A stretch of DNA of 64,000 nucleotides from Vulcanimicrobiota bacterium (GTDB lineage: Bacteria > Vulcanimicrobiota > Xenobia > Xenobiales > JADMJV01). Shown in pieces: positions 9,501-21,481 of the stretch. Where the stretch lies: the NCBI GenBank assembly GCA_050250895.1, contig JBFWNU010000007.1:32001-96000 (forward strand), written 5' to 3'. Positions within the stretch are counted from its first letter, which is position 1, and the number at the start of each line of letters is the position of its first letter. The translations under genes and the position numbers were made by a program. Below the pieces are notes generated by a model that saw only the letters and a list, made by a program, of their open reading frames with translations, made no database searches and was not told the DNA's origin.

Positions 9501-12500
9501 TCGAGTGGAAGGTGGCCGATCTCAACACCCTGATCAAGAAGGCGGGTGGCGGCCTGGCCCTGAGCAAGCTGTTGCGCGATGGCGTGGCCTGCGAGTTCTA
9601 CGGCGCCCCGGCCGAGTTGCCGTCCAGCGACCGGATCTTCGAATCTTTCCTCGAGGCGCTCCACAGCCGCTTCCCTCAAGATGATCGTTTCGAGGCCGGC
9701 GTTCGCTTCTTGATGTTGCTGGCCGCTTCCCAGCGGCCCCTGTCGGTGCCGATGCTCATCGACTTGCATTGTGATCCGGTGGCCGTCCGCAAGATTACCG
9801 AGCTGTTTCCCAGCGCCTTCGCTTTCTGGGGTGAAGACGAACCGGTGGTGGGGCTAGCCCACGACTGGTTGGCCACTCGTTTGCGCGAAGGTCGTCCCGA
9901 GCAGTTTCGTGAGGCTTGCCTCGAGCTACTGGGCAGGTTCGAATCTGAACCTGACCGCGGCTGGCTTTCGCTGGCTTTCTGGTGGGCCATCGAAGGCGGC
10001 GACCCGAAACGGCTCGAGGCTTTTGCCGAGAACGAACAACTCAAGGAGTTCCGGCAAAAGCGTCTGGCCGAACTCGACAGCAGCCGGCAGTATCATGAGA
10101 AAGTGGTCCTGTTAGACGGCTGGTGCGCCCTGCTGCACAATCTCGTCGATGCCCATCAGGCCGCCCACTGGCGCGAAGAGCTGGGTTGGGCTCACAGCAG
10201 TCGTGGTCTGGCCTACCTTCACCTGGGGCAGTTCCAGCGGTGTTTGCGCGATGTCGAGCGGGCTATCGAGATTTTCACCGGGCTGTTCGAAAAGGAGGGT
10301 CAGGTCGAACTGACCAACGGCCTGGCGGCGGCCTACAATCGCCGCAGCGAGGCGCTACTTTTGCTGGGCCAGACCGGACCCGCCCTCGAGAACGCCGAGA
10401 TGGCCATCAATTACTACAAGGACGCGGTGGTCAGCCTCGAGCGCAACGACCTGATGCGACTCTTGGCGCTGGCCTATCTCAACCGCGGTGAGGTGCGCCG
10501 CGCCCGAGGCGAACTCTCCGAGGCCCGCGACGACATCAGCGAAGCCATCGATATCTACGAGAGTTTGGGAGAATTGGGCGAGCACGACCGCACCGAGCAG
10601 GCCCACGCCTACCGCTCTCGCGGTGTGGTGGGCCTGTCGCTGGGCGAGTATGAGCTGGCCCAGGATGATAGCACCCGGGCCCTCGAGATTCTCACCGGTC
10701 TGGCCGAAGCCCACCATCATCAGGAGTTTCGCAACGAGCTGGCGGCCGCCTACAACAACCGGGCCGCCGCCTTGCATCGCCAGGGCGAGTTTGAACTCGC
10801 CCTGGAAGACTACGATCAGGCCGTGGCTCTGCGCCAACAACTGGTAGACGAGGGTCGCCTCGACCTGCGCACGGATCTGGCCATCACCCACACCAACCGC
10901 GGACTGGTGCGCACCGGCGTGGGCGAGATCGAGCTGGCTCTCGAGGATTACGAGATGGCCATCTCCATCCGCACCCAGCTGGTGAGCGCCGAAGGGCGTC
11001 TCGACCTGCGCGGCCAGCTGGCTTTCACCCGGGTCTGTCGGGGCTCGACCTATCGGGCCCTGGGACAGCGGCAGCAGGCCGTCGACGACTATCGCCGGGC
11101 CACCGAGGAGTACAATCTGGCCGCCGCCGACGAGAGCGTGGGGCCGGATACCTGGGCTGACATGGCTCTGGCTTTCGGTAGCCTGGGAGCACTCTACCTG
11201 GATGTGGGCGAGCCGGAACACTGTCTGGCCTGCTGTGACCGGGCCCTCGAGCTGTACGACCGCATTCCCGAGGTTGAGGCCGATCCCGTCTATCGCTTCG
11301 AGATGGCCGTGGCCCATAACAATCGCGGCGAGGCTTGCAAGGCTCTGGGCGACATCGAGAAGGCCGAGGCCTGTTATCGCGAGGCGACCCGCCGTTACCA
11401 GCTGTTGGTCGAATCCGAGGGCCGCCACGATCTGGCCGGTGAGCTGGCTGGAGCCTATCAAAATCACGCCCAGGCCCTGGTCATGCTGGGTCAGGGAGAG
11501 GCGGCCCTCGAGCGGGTCGAGCATGCCATCAGTCTCTACGAGCAGCAGACTGACTCGGTGCATCGTCTGGCTGCGGCCCTCTTGATTCGGGCCGGTGGAA
11601 GGGGGCAGGCCGGCGACCATCCGGCTGCCTTCGACGACCTGGCCCGAGCGGTAGAGATCTATTCCGAGCTGGTGGTCGGGCAGGGTCGCCTTGATTTTCA
11701 CGACGAGCTGGCTCAAACCTATCAGCAGCGGGCCAGCCTGCATTTCGAACTCGGCGCCATCGACGAGGCTCTGGCCGACATCGAGCGGGCGGTGACCCAT
11801 TTCCAACACGCCTGGGAGTTCACCCGCGACGAGCAGTGGCGCCGCGAACTGGTGCGCGCCCTGTTGCAGCGAGCCAACTACCACCGGGCCAGTGGTGACC
11901 ACGAGAGCGCCGGGTCGGATATCCTGGCGGCCTTCGGTTTCGGTGGTCGCACCACCCTGCCGGCCGATTTCGAACTCGGGCCCATGCTCGGCGCCCTGGC
12001 GGTCGAGGCCGAAAGTCTGGCCAACTCGGGACACCTCGAGCGGTCCAAGCAGAAGTGGGATGCGGTCATCAAGCTCTGTCGGACCCTGGCCGGGCCTCAT
12101 TTGCCAGCGGCCGAGGCCCACCTGGCCGCGGCCCACTTCCGCCGGGGCTGGGTGCTGCACCGTCAGGGCAAAGCCACCACCGCCGACCTCGATCTGGGTC
12201 GGGCGGTCGACACCTACAGCGTGCTGGTATCCCTGGGCGGGCGAAAGGATCTGCTGGGCGATCTGGCCGGCGCCTATCTGGCCCGAGGACGCCATCTGGC
12301 CTCGATGGGTCGGGTCGGCAGAGCTTTGCCCCAATTTGGCTATGCCCTCGAAATCTTCTCGGAGCTTCGCGGCAGCGACCCCCAGTGGGGGAGGGCCCTG
12401 GCTCTGACCTTGCTGGAGCGAGCCGACCTCGAGGTGGCCCGGCGGGATCCAGCCCGGGCGGTGGTCGACCTGACGCGGGCCGGTGAGGTGCTCGACGGGC

Positions 12501-13222
12501 TGACCGATTCCTCTCCCGAATCGCTGGGGCAGGCGCGAGCTCTGTGCCAACTGCAGCTGGCCACCGCCATCGAGGCCCTGGGTCGCGAGCGTGAAGCCTA
12601 TCGAGCTTATCTCAAGGCAGCCTACAAATTCAGTGATCTGATGGGCTCCGAGCCGGGCCCCAACCCCCACCGGGCCGGCTGCGTCGAGGCCATGGGTCGA
12701 GCCGCTCAGCTGGCCCCTCCGGCCGAGGCGGGGCATCACTGGCTCAACGTGCTGGCCCAGGTCACGGCCGGTCTTGCCAATGGGCAAGACCTCACCTCGC
12801 TGGTGGCTCTCGATGGCCTCAACGACTATCTCCAGAAGCTATCCGAGTCGGACCCGCGGGTGGTGGTCAGCATCGTCGACGTGTTGACCCAGTTCCCCAC
12901 CGCCGGTGGGCCGCATCCCGCCTGGAGGCTGTTCGCCCCGACCATCTCCAAAGTGGTGCTCGACCCCAACCATGACGAGACCCTGGTCGAGCGGTTGGTG
13001 GGCTCGGTGGGGCAGGCGGTGGCGGCCCTGCCCAGGGCCAATTCCGAACTCCCCTGGCTCAAGGAGACCCTCGAGCTGCTGGCCCTGCATCCCCATCAGC
13101 CCGGCGAGTCGCTCCGTCTGGCCATTCGCGGCCTGGGCGAGGGCCTGATGGGTCTGCCGGTGGAGGTGCGCGAGCGGTTCGACCTGAGCGAGGACCTGAT
13201 CGATTCTCTGCGGGCTCGGTGA
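6557..13222 (+). CDS. STAND/NACHT-like NTPase with C-terminal TPR array and triplicated N-terminal domain (2221 aa)
   Basis: Walker A GGPGFGKT, Walker B LLVLDGLDE, many ELA..Y.NRG-type TPRs. Confidence 0.85.
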   Translation: MPELGQSVKRFLSEPGLGEEEKARRTVECLKYLRAYFEGLVSGLIGVGLEAFLVDETHREQVHRDIRSVFLDLGGTPRFVTRWLGLVGQRPTTPPPLTALWALGEDTLLEEVVSYNALLQEWLRSARAFEENWAVEPDRVRHRDSSTVYPLDPPLDAEQLGPLHPAVPGSSPDLSQAINQVKTLFEPLTEPYFDLLGIPELSGSTGEFEAKLSRPIAPTELLERPPARTPGRRVPIEPAFPPHLKILACRLSDALERQDPVASANATVEAIDYMVRFFAGVAGGGLAELEGRQERTPVDLEFDECLDLLRNSVQALRVYRGDVIADSILAVFEPGGSQPDHHSWLGLGERSAEEDPAVWRVRADSRIQDEDPGPCAQLLKGILPILSDWLEASKYFFNCWDLYHSLRRDFNLDVRLARGDRAFNAFPLVYPERYGIVLPQPDLNKARENPLWEPRGFGQGTSVANLTTPEPSDADPPHLARLLEEFGRAVRDEEPLPAGNALLGCFDFLLRYYASLATGALRSIAPFPLESVLAESASLLHCSKLLHYSLFALDRFPEHPVSGMVGSVFFQGERPRAFTRWLGFAGSPLSGLENLSGWTHMLRRPDAALRIDEILGQIRVYTQFLGEWVEQSRHVFKALKHHYDVGEGSNTVGVVFECDGSRFRGVPDIYVGEYEFHLSREEVLAWGSAETLPNPMSEQSFEAWEAALNEELPTSVFEDDPELTELVPELADFESGPIVMPSLFPDEPAPPTWGQPEADGFSRYCQALNYSGPESRPKIFSERVAAFVAKRDSGLILVEGGPGFGKTFLSRTLTNPRSSPFDTNFPVIHYSVGRRIEGDYGILIEVLNEHLGQQTELAEAGFSKLDPRVIRDLNVRYPEGQAASRFLAYLSALTIANNHRRFLLVLDGLDEHQAAAEAGLTVLDFLPSRLPEGVFLMLTYRPSFRAKLEQRLETGHEHCLQINLDSEDPTYQGLLYQHMEKIEWKVADLNTLIKKAGGGLALSKLLRDGVACEFYGAPAELPSSDRIFESFLEALHSRFPQDDRFEAGVRFLMLLAASQRPLSVPMLIDLHCDPVAVRKITELFPSAFAFWGEDEPVVGLAHDWLATRLREGRPEQFREACLELLGRFESEPDRGWLSLAFWWAIEGGDPKRLEAFAENEQLKEFRQKRLAELDSSRQYHEKVVLLDGWCALLHNLVDAHQAAHWREELGWAHSSRGLAYLHLGQFQRCLRDVERAIEIFTGLFEKEGQVELTNGLAAAYNRRSEALLLLGQTGPALENAEMAINYYKDAVVSLERNDLMRLLALAYLNRGEVRRARGELSEARDDISEAIDIYESLGELGEHDRTEQAHAYRSRGVVGLSLGEYELAQDDSTRALEILTGLAEAHHHQEFRNELAAAYNNRAAALHRQGEFELALEDYDQAVALRQQLVDEGRLDLRTDLAITHTNRGLVRTGVGEIELALEDYEMAISIRTQLVSAEGRLDLRGQLAFTRVCRGSTYRALGQRQQAVDDYRRATEEYNLAAADESVGPDTWADMALAFGSLGALYLDVGEPEHCLACCDRALELYDRIPEVEADPVYRFEMAVAHNNRGEACKALGDIEKAEACYREATRRYQLLVESEGRHDLAGELAGAYQNHAQALVMLGQGEAALERVEHAISLYEQQTDSVHRLAAALLIRAGGRGQAGDHPAAFDDLARAVEIYSELVVGQGRLDFHDELAQTYQQRASLHFELGAIDEALADIERAVTHFQHAWEFTRDEQWRRELVRALLQRANYHRASGDHESAGSDILAAFGFGGRTTLPADFELGPMLGALAVEAESLANSGHLERSKQKWDAVIKLCRTLAGPHLPAAEAHLAAAHFRRGWVLHRQGKATTADLDLGRAVDTYSVLVSLGGRKDLLGDLAGAYLARGRHLASMGRVGRALPQFGYALEIFSELRGSDPQWGRALALTLLERADLEVARRDPARAVVDLTRAGEVLDGLTDSSPESLGQARALCQLQLATAIEALGREREAYRAYLKAAYKFSDLMGSEPGPNPHRAGCVEAMGRAAQLAPPAEAGHHWLNVLAQVTAGLANGQDLTSLVALDGLNDYLQKLSESDPRVVVSIVDVLTQFPTAGGPHPAWRLFAPTISKVVLDPNHDETLVERLVGSVGQAVAALPRANSELPWLKETLELLALHPHQPGESLRLAIRGLGEGLMGLPVEVRERFDLSEDLIDSLRAR

Positions 13223-13266
13223 GAACCCTCACTGAACGTGGCCCGGCCGAGGGCTAAGCTGGGGGC

Positions 13267-13917
13267 ATGCCCCCAATACCTGAAGTCAACACTCCCTACA
13301 GTCCCCCTCTCAAGCTCAAACCGACCAGACCTACACCGGCTCGGCGCGTGGCTCCGACCGCTCCGGCCGGGCTCACTCCGACCCTGCGCTCGGCCATGGC
13401 CGGCGAGTCGATGCGTCAGACCTGCGAAGGCTTTCTAGGCGCGGCCCGGGTCGGCGGGCCCCAGGCCATCCAGCAAGCGCGAGCCAACTATGTCCATAAG
13501 ATGCTGCACCTGGTCGAGTTCCCCGATGAGACCGAGCACAGAGAGTTTCAAGTGGGTGTGGTCGGCGTCGAGCCGGCCGTCGACGCGTTGGAAGGAAGGC
13601 TGGTTCGGGGCAAGCCCATTCGAGTCCACCACCGTCTCTCGCCCCAGGAGATGGCTCGCATGGATGTTTTGCTGGTGGAGGACCCGGCCCGTCGGGACGA
13701 GGCTCTGGCCGCGGCCGGAAAAGGCGTTCTGACTATCGGCGACGGCCCCGAGTTTGTCGAGAAGGGCGGTTGCGTGGGTCTGGTCAGGCTGAGGAACAGG
13801 GTTCGCTTCCGCTTGGGAATCGATGCCATTCGCCAAGCTGGCCTGAGAATCAGTCCCAAACTCCTCGAGGTGTCTTCGGCCTGTCTGGGCGACGAGCACT
13901 CGGCAGGCACGCGCTAG
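13267..13917 (+). CDS. YfiR-family (DUF4154-like) protein
   Basis: [15 protein letters not shown]...NRVRF...[10 protein letters not shown] signature. Confidence 0.7.
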   Translation: MPPIPEVNTPYSPPLKLKPTRPTPARRVAPTAPAGLTPTLRSAMAGESMRQTCEGFLGAARVGGPQAIQQARANYVHKMLHLVEFPDETEHREFQVGVVGVEPAVDALEGRLVRGKPIRVHHRLSPQEMARMDVLLVEDPARRDEALAAAGKGVLTIGDGPEFVEKGGCVGLVRLRNRVRFRLGIDAIRQAGLRISPKLLEVSSACLGDEHSAGTR

Positions 13918-13958
13918 CTTTCGTGGAAAGGGTGGCACACCCTAACCGTGGAGGAATG

Positions 13959-16678
<2,720 letters not shown>

Positions 16679-16679
<1 letters not shown>

Positions 16680-18118
16680 TGGGCGTGGTCTTCTTCAATA
16701 CCCTCACCCGCGCTCGCGAAGAGTTCGTGCCCATCCAGGCCGGCAAGGCCACCATCTATACCTGCGGGCCGACGATTCACGACTATGCTCACATCGGCAA
16801 CTTCCGCACCTTCATCTTCTCGGATCTGGTGCGGCGCTATCTGCGCTATCGCGGTTACGAGGTCTTTCACGTTCTCAATTTGACCGACGTCGAAGACAAG
16901 ATCATCCGTCGTTCGCAAGAGGCCGGCTTGTCGCGAGCCGACTATACCCAAAAGTTCGAGCAGGCCTTCTTCGAAGATGTGGACAGCCTGAATATCGAGC
17001 GTTGCGAGGCTCATCCCCGGGCCACCGACCCGGTGGTGGTGGACAAGATGGCCGAGATGATCATCAAGCTGCTCGAAGACGGGGTGGCCTATCGCTCTAA
17101 CGACGGCTCGACCTATTATGACATCAAGAAGTTTCCCGATTACGGCAGGCTGGCCAACATCTGCGTAGCCGACTTGCAGGCCGGGGCCCGGGTCAGCCAG
17201 GACGAGTACGACAAGGAGACGGCCGCCGACTTCGCTCTCTGGAAGGCGTGGGTGCCCGAGGACGGCGATGTCTATTGGGACCAGTACGAAGAGCTGGGCA
17301 AAGGCCGGCCGGGTTGGCACATCGAGTGCTCGGCCATGAGCTTGCTGCACCTGGGAGCCCATTTCGACCTGCACCTGGGCGGGGTGGATCTGATCTTTCC
17401 CCACCACCAGAACGAGATCGCCCAATCAGAAGCCTTCAATCACGAGAAGTTCGTCAACTACTGGCTGCACTGCGAACATCTCCACGTCGAAGGCCAGAAG
17501 ATGAGCAAATCGCTGGGCAACTTCTATACCTTGCGCGACCTGCTCGACCCGGCCAAGAACGCCTCTAAGCGGGCCTGGGACCCGATGGCGATTCGCTTCA
17601 CCCTGCTCAAAGTGCCCTATGGCTCGCGCTTGAACTTCACCTTCAGCGATCTGGCCGCGGCCGAGACCAGCCTCGAGCGGCTCAAAGGCTTCTTGCAGCG
17701 TTGCGGCGAGCAAAAAGGCGAGGGCCCGGTCGAAGCCGAGGTCGAGGCTGCCATCGAGCGCTCCCGCCAGGGCTTCATCGAGGCTATGGACGACAACCTC
17801 AACATCGCTATCGGATTGAGCCACCTATTCGAGCTGCTCACGGCGGTCAACCCGCTGCTCGAGAAGGGCATCAGTAAGGCCGGAGGAGAACAGCTGGCCG
17901 CCTATCTGCTCGAACTCGACACGGTGTTGGGCCTGCGCCTGGGGTCCCGCTTGGCGGAGCCGGGTCTGTCTGCCGAAGAGCAGCAGCTACTGGATGCTCG
18001 GGTGGCCGCCCGGGCGGCCAAGAACTGGGGCGAGAGCGATCGCTTGCGGGACGAGTTGGCCGGGCGCGGCCTCGTGATCGAGGATACTCCCCAGGGGGTC
18101 CGGTGGAAACGTCAATAG
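16679..18118 (+). CDS. cysS: Cysteine--tRNA ligase
   Basis: CGPT..HIGN, GRPGWHIECSAM, KMSKS. Confidence 0.97.
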
Positions 18119-18843
18119 TCTTTGGGCGCAGGCCGGTGCTCGAATACCTGCGTTCGGGCCAGCCGGTCAACCGGCTGTATGTGCTGGCCGGCGCCGAGGG
18201 CATACCGCGCGAACTCTTTCGCATCGCCAAAGAGCGCGAGATCCCGACCGTGCGCTGCGATCGCCAGCGCCTTGATAGTCTGGCCCGCAAAGGTAACCAT
18301 CAGGGGGTGGCCGCCCAGACCGCGTCGCGCGAGTTCGATAGCTGGCAAGAGATTCTCGAATCCACTATCTATAAGGAGGGGCCCCCGTTGATCCTGGCGC
18401 TGGACGGAGTGCAGGATCCGGGCAACTTCGGAGCCTTGCTGCGAACAGCTGAAGGGGCCGGAGTCAACGGAGTGGTGGTGACGGCCCGCGCCTCTTGCGG
18501 CTTGACCCCGGCCGTGACCCGCGCCGCGGCCGGCGCCGACGCCTATATCAAGGTGGCTCGGGTCGACCGGTTGGATCGGGTCCTGAGCGACCTGGTCAAG
18601 GTGGGCTACCAGGTGGTAGCCGCCAACCCCCAGGCCGAACTCGACTACGACCAACTGGACCTGCGCAAGGCCACGGTTTTCGTCCTCGGGGCTGAAGGAG
18701 AAGGGCTTTCCCGACAGGTCGAAGCGGCCTGCACCGTGGGGGTGCGCCTGCCGCTCAGAGGCCAGGTGGATTCGCTAAACGTGTCTGCAACAGGTGCAAT
18801 TCTACTTTACGAGGCTCTGCGCCAGAGGAAAAAAACTGAATAA
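18103..18843 (+). CDS. rlmB: 23S rRNA (Gm2251) methyltransferase RlmB
   Basis: HQGVAA, LDGVQDPGNFGA, SLNVS SPOUT motifs; lies after cysS. Confidence 0.93.
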   Translation: METSIVFGRRPVLEYLRSGQPVNRLYVLAGAEGIPRELFRIAKEREIPTVRCDRQRLDSLARKGNHQGVAAQTASREFDSWQEILESTIYKEGPPLILALDGVQDPGNFGALLRTAEGAGVNGVVVTARASCGLTPAVTRAAAGADAYIKVARVDRLDRVLSDLVKVGYQVVAANPQAELDYDQLDLRKATVFVLGAEGEGLSRQVEAACTVGVRLPLRGQVDSLNVSATGAILLYEALRQRKKTE

Positions 18844-18914
18844 TTTTCAAGCGACCTGGGGGGCGTAAAGGTCGTAAAAATGGGGCTTTGGGGAAGATTC
18901 ACGGGCTAACTCCA

Positions 18915-18952
18915 GTCCTGAAGTTTACATTACTCAGGACCTATGGTATATT
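18915..18952 (+). promoter_or_regulatory. Upstream sigH promoter with an inverted repeat flanking the -35
   Basis: TTTACA-17-TATATT; GTCCTGA...TCAGGAC at 18915-18940. Confidence 0.5.
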
Positions 18953-19072
18953 AGCAAAAGATGGCGTGGCTTGGCACAACCAACTCAACAGCGGCCAGAA
19001 ATTTCGAGCACTGGCCGCACTCTACTCGGAAGCCCACTGGATATGAGGTCCGAGCCCGACTGTTTTATTCTC

Positions 19073-19101
19073 TTGACTTGGTCAGATTACCTCTTTATAA
19101 T
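19073..19101 (+). promoter_or_regulatory. sigma70 promoter of sigH
   Basis: TTGACT-17-TATAAT. Confidence 0.75.
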
Positions 19102-19148
19102 GTGGGCACTGTTTTTCCGGGTAGTGAAGCCGGACGGAGGGCGATGTC

Positions 19149-19793
19149 TTGTTAAAGCTCCAGCAAAGTTCTTACATGGCGAATCTCCAGAATGAGCCTG
19201 ATGAGGAGATCGTTAAGCTTGCTAAGAACGGAGATGAATTCGCGACGGAGTATCTTATCAGTAAGTATAAGAATTTCGTGCGCGTGAAGGCGAAATCGTA
19301 CTTCCTGGTCGGCGCCGACCGCGAAGACATTATTCAAGAGGGGATGATCGGTCTCTACAAGAGCATCCGCGACTATCGCGCCGATAAGCTCTCGTCGTTC
19401 CGGGCCTTTGCCGAGCTGTGCATCACACGCCAGATCATCACGGCCATCAAAACGGCCACCCGGCAAAAACACATCCCCCTCAACTCCTATATCTCGCTCA
19501 ATAAGCCGATCTACGACGAAGACTCTGACCGCACGATGCTCGACATTCTGTCGGGCACCAAGGTCACCGACCCCGAAGAGGTTTTCATCAGCCACGAGCT
19601 GTCCGACGACCTGCGCGAGAAGATCCAGCAAAACCTCAGCGAACTCGAGTCGCAGGTGTTGCATTCTTATCTCGAGGGCAAGTCTTATCAAGAGATGGCC
19701 AAAGAGCTCAACCGCCACGTCAAGTCGATCGACAACGCTCTGCAGCGCGTGAAACGGAAGATTGAAAAGACGCTCGGGGAGAAACGTCACTAG
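19149..19793 (+). CDS. sigH: RNA polymerase sigma factor SigH
   Basis: GADREDIIQEGMIGL, TRQKHIPLNSY, KSIDNALQRVKRK; TTG start with GGAGG RBS. Confidence 0.95.
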   Translation: MLKLQQSSYMANLQNEPDEEIVKLAKNGDEFATEYLISKYKNFVRVKAKSYFLVGADREDIIQEGMIGLYKSIRDYRADKLSSFRAFAELCITRQIITAIKTATRQKHIPLNSYISLNKPIYDEDSDRTMLDILSGTKVTDPEEVFISHELSDDLREKIQQNLSELESQVLHSYLEGKSYQEMAKELNRHVKSIDNALQRVKRKIEKTLGEKRH

Positions 19794-19800
19794 GCTGCAA

Positions 19801-19876
19801 GCCCTTGTAGCTCAATTGGCAGAGCATCCGCCTTGTAAGCGGAAGGTTGCCGGTTCGAGTCCGGCCCGGGGCTCCA
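19801..19876 (+). tRNA. tRNA-Thr(TGT)
   Basis: Cloverleaf, anticodon loop CTTGTAA, TTCGA, CCA. Confidence 0.95.
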
Positions 19877-19899
19877 TTATTCCGCTCGCTCGTCGGGGC

Positions 19900-19928
19900 T
19901 TGACGATCGGTGACGGGCAAGCTATAAT
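19900..19928 (+). promoter_or_regulatory. sigma70 promoter of tRNA-Gln/Glu
   Basis: TTGACG-17-TATAAT. Confidence 0.8.
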
Positions 19929-19940
19929 CAACCACGAATT

Positions 19941-20014
19941 TGCCGGGTCGTCTAGTGGTAGGACAGCGGACTCTGGATCCGTATGCGAGGGTTCGAATCC
20001 TTCCCCGGCAGCCA
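19941..20014 (+). tRNA. tRNA-Gln(CTG)
   Basis: Anticodon loop CTCTGGA, CCA end. Confidence 0.95.
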
Positions 20015-20018
20015 TTAT

Positions 20019-20095
20019 GCCGCGTTGGTCTAGAGGCTTAGGACGCCGCCCTCTCACGGCGGAAATCACGGGTTCGAATCCCGTACGCGGTACCA
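20019..20095 (+). tRNA. tRNA-Glu(CTC)
   Basis: Anticodon loop CTCTCAC, CCA end. Confidence 0.95.
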
Positions 20096-20101
20096 AAGCA
20101 T

Positions 20102-20131
20102 GAAGGTCGTTTCGGCGGCCTTCTTTTATTT
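20102..20131 (+). terminator. Rho-independent terminator
   Basis: GAAGGTCGT-ttcg-GCGGCCTTC plus T-tract. Confidence 0.8.
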
Positions 20132-20173
20132 TGGCCGGAACCCGCCGGCCAGGTCGAGGTTATATTGAAGAAT

Positions 20174-21481
20174 ATGCAACGTCTGGGATGGTTTTGGATT
20201 GTTTTCTTGACGATCAGCGGGGCGGCCGTGGCCAAAGAGCCGGTCCGCGTGGTCTTGCCCAACGGGATGGCGGTCATCGTGCAAGAGACCTACGCCTCGC
20301 CGACCGTGTCTTTGAACGTGTTCGTGCGCGTGGGGAGCCTGCATGAGACGCCCGACACCACCGGGCTTGCTCACTTCTATGAGCACATGTTTTTCCGCGG
20401 AACACCCACTCGCAGCGGGCTGGATTTCAAGAAAGAGATCGAGTCCCTGGGCGGCATCACCAACGCCAGCACCTCCCGCGACATGACTCACTACTACATC
20501 AACATGCCCAGTGCCTACGCCAACGAGGGGCTCCAACTGCTGGCCGACGCGCTGTTGAACGCCGACCTCGAGACGGCCGGCATCGACAAAGAGCGCGAGG
20601 TGGTTTTGGAAGAATACCGGATTGGCGAGAACAATCCGGCCCGCATCGCCAGCGACAAACTCTTCGAGATGGCCTTTCCCAACCATCCCTACGGGCGTTC
20701 GGTGATCGGGGACAAGTCCAACCTCGAGTCGTTCCAGCGCGACAAGTTCGCCTTTTGGAAGTCCACTTACTATGTGCCCTCGCGCACTTGCGTGGTGGTG
20801 GTGGGTGATGTCGAGGCCGAACAGGTCATTGCCGAAGCGCGCCGGCTGTTTGGCAACTTTCGTGGGACGGGCGAGCCCGTCAAAAGCTTTCCTCGTCCGA
20901 TTCCCCCGGCTCAGCCGGTCTATCGCACCGAGACTGCTCCCGTTAACCGAGCCTTCGTGTTGCTGGGCTACCTCGGCCCGTCCGTCCACGACCAGCCCGA
21001 TGTGGTCGAGGTCGATGTCTTGAGCTTTTTGGTGGGTCAGGGCAAAGGCTCGCTACTGGACCAACAGGTCGTGGATGAGGAGAAGGCCTTCTCTTGCGAT
21101 GTCAGCTTTCTGACCCAGGCCGAGCCGGGTCTCATCGTGGTGGCCGCGGTGGCCGATCCCAAGAAGACCGACGAGACGCGTCAAGCCGTGCTCGAAACCA
21201 TCAACAAGGTGCGTCAGGGCGAGTTCACCCAGGCTGATATCGACCGGGCCAAGAACATGTTGATCAACAGCTATCGCTTCGGCAACGAATCCAATTCTGG
21301 CAAAGCCAGCAGTCTCGGATTCTACGAGACCCTCGACAAGGTCGACTTCGCCACCCATTACCTCGCCAATATCCAGAAGGTCGACAAAGCGGCGCTGATC
21401 AAAGCCGCCAACAAATACTTCATCGACAACCATTATGGGCTGACCCTGGCTCCCAAAGGCCGAAAGGACGGACGGTCATGA
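20174..21481 (+). CDS. M16 zinc peptidase, catalytic subunit
   Basis: Signal peptide; HFYEH (HxxEH) motif. Confidence 0.9.
   Translation: MQRLGWFWIVFLTISGAAVAKEPVRVVLPNGMAVIVQETYASPTVSLNVFVRVGSLHETPDTTGLAHFYEHMFFRGTPTRSGLDFKKEIESLGGITNASTSRDMTHYYINMPSAYANEGLQLLADALLNADLETAGIDKEREVVLEEYRIGENNPARIASDKLFEMAFPNHPYGRSVIGDKSNLESFQRDKFAFWKSTYYVPSRTCVVVVGDVEAEQVIAEARRLFGNFRGTGEPVKSFPRPIPPAQPVYRTETAPVNRAFVLLGYLGPSVHDQPDVVEVDVLSFLVGQGKGSLLDQQVVDEEKAFSCDVSFLTQAEPGLIVVAAVADPKKTDETRQAVLETINKVRQGEFTQADIDRAKNMLINSYRFGNESNSGKASSLGFYETLDKVDFATHYLANIQKVDKAALIKAANKYFIDNHYGLTLAPKGRKDGRS

Noticed and set aside
10355-12787. 810-aa minus-strand ORF and many other long overlapping ORFs
   Set aside because: Antisense or alternative-frame shadows of real genes in high-GC DNA; no recognisable motifs
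19720-20103. ORFs overlapping tRNA clusters (also 53462-53897 and 58476-58742)
   Set aside because: Spurious translations of tRNA genes
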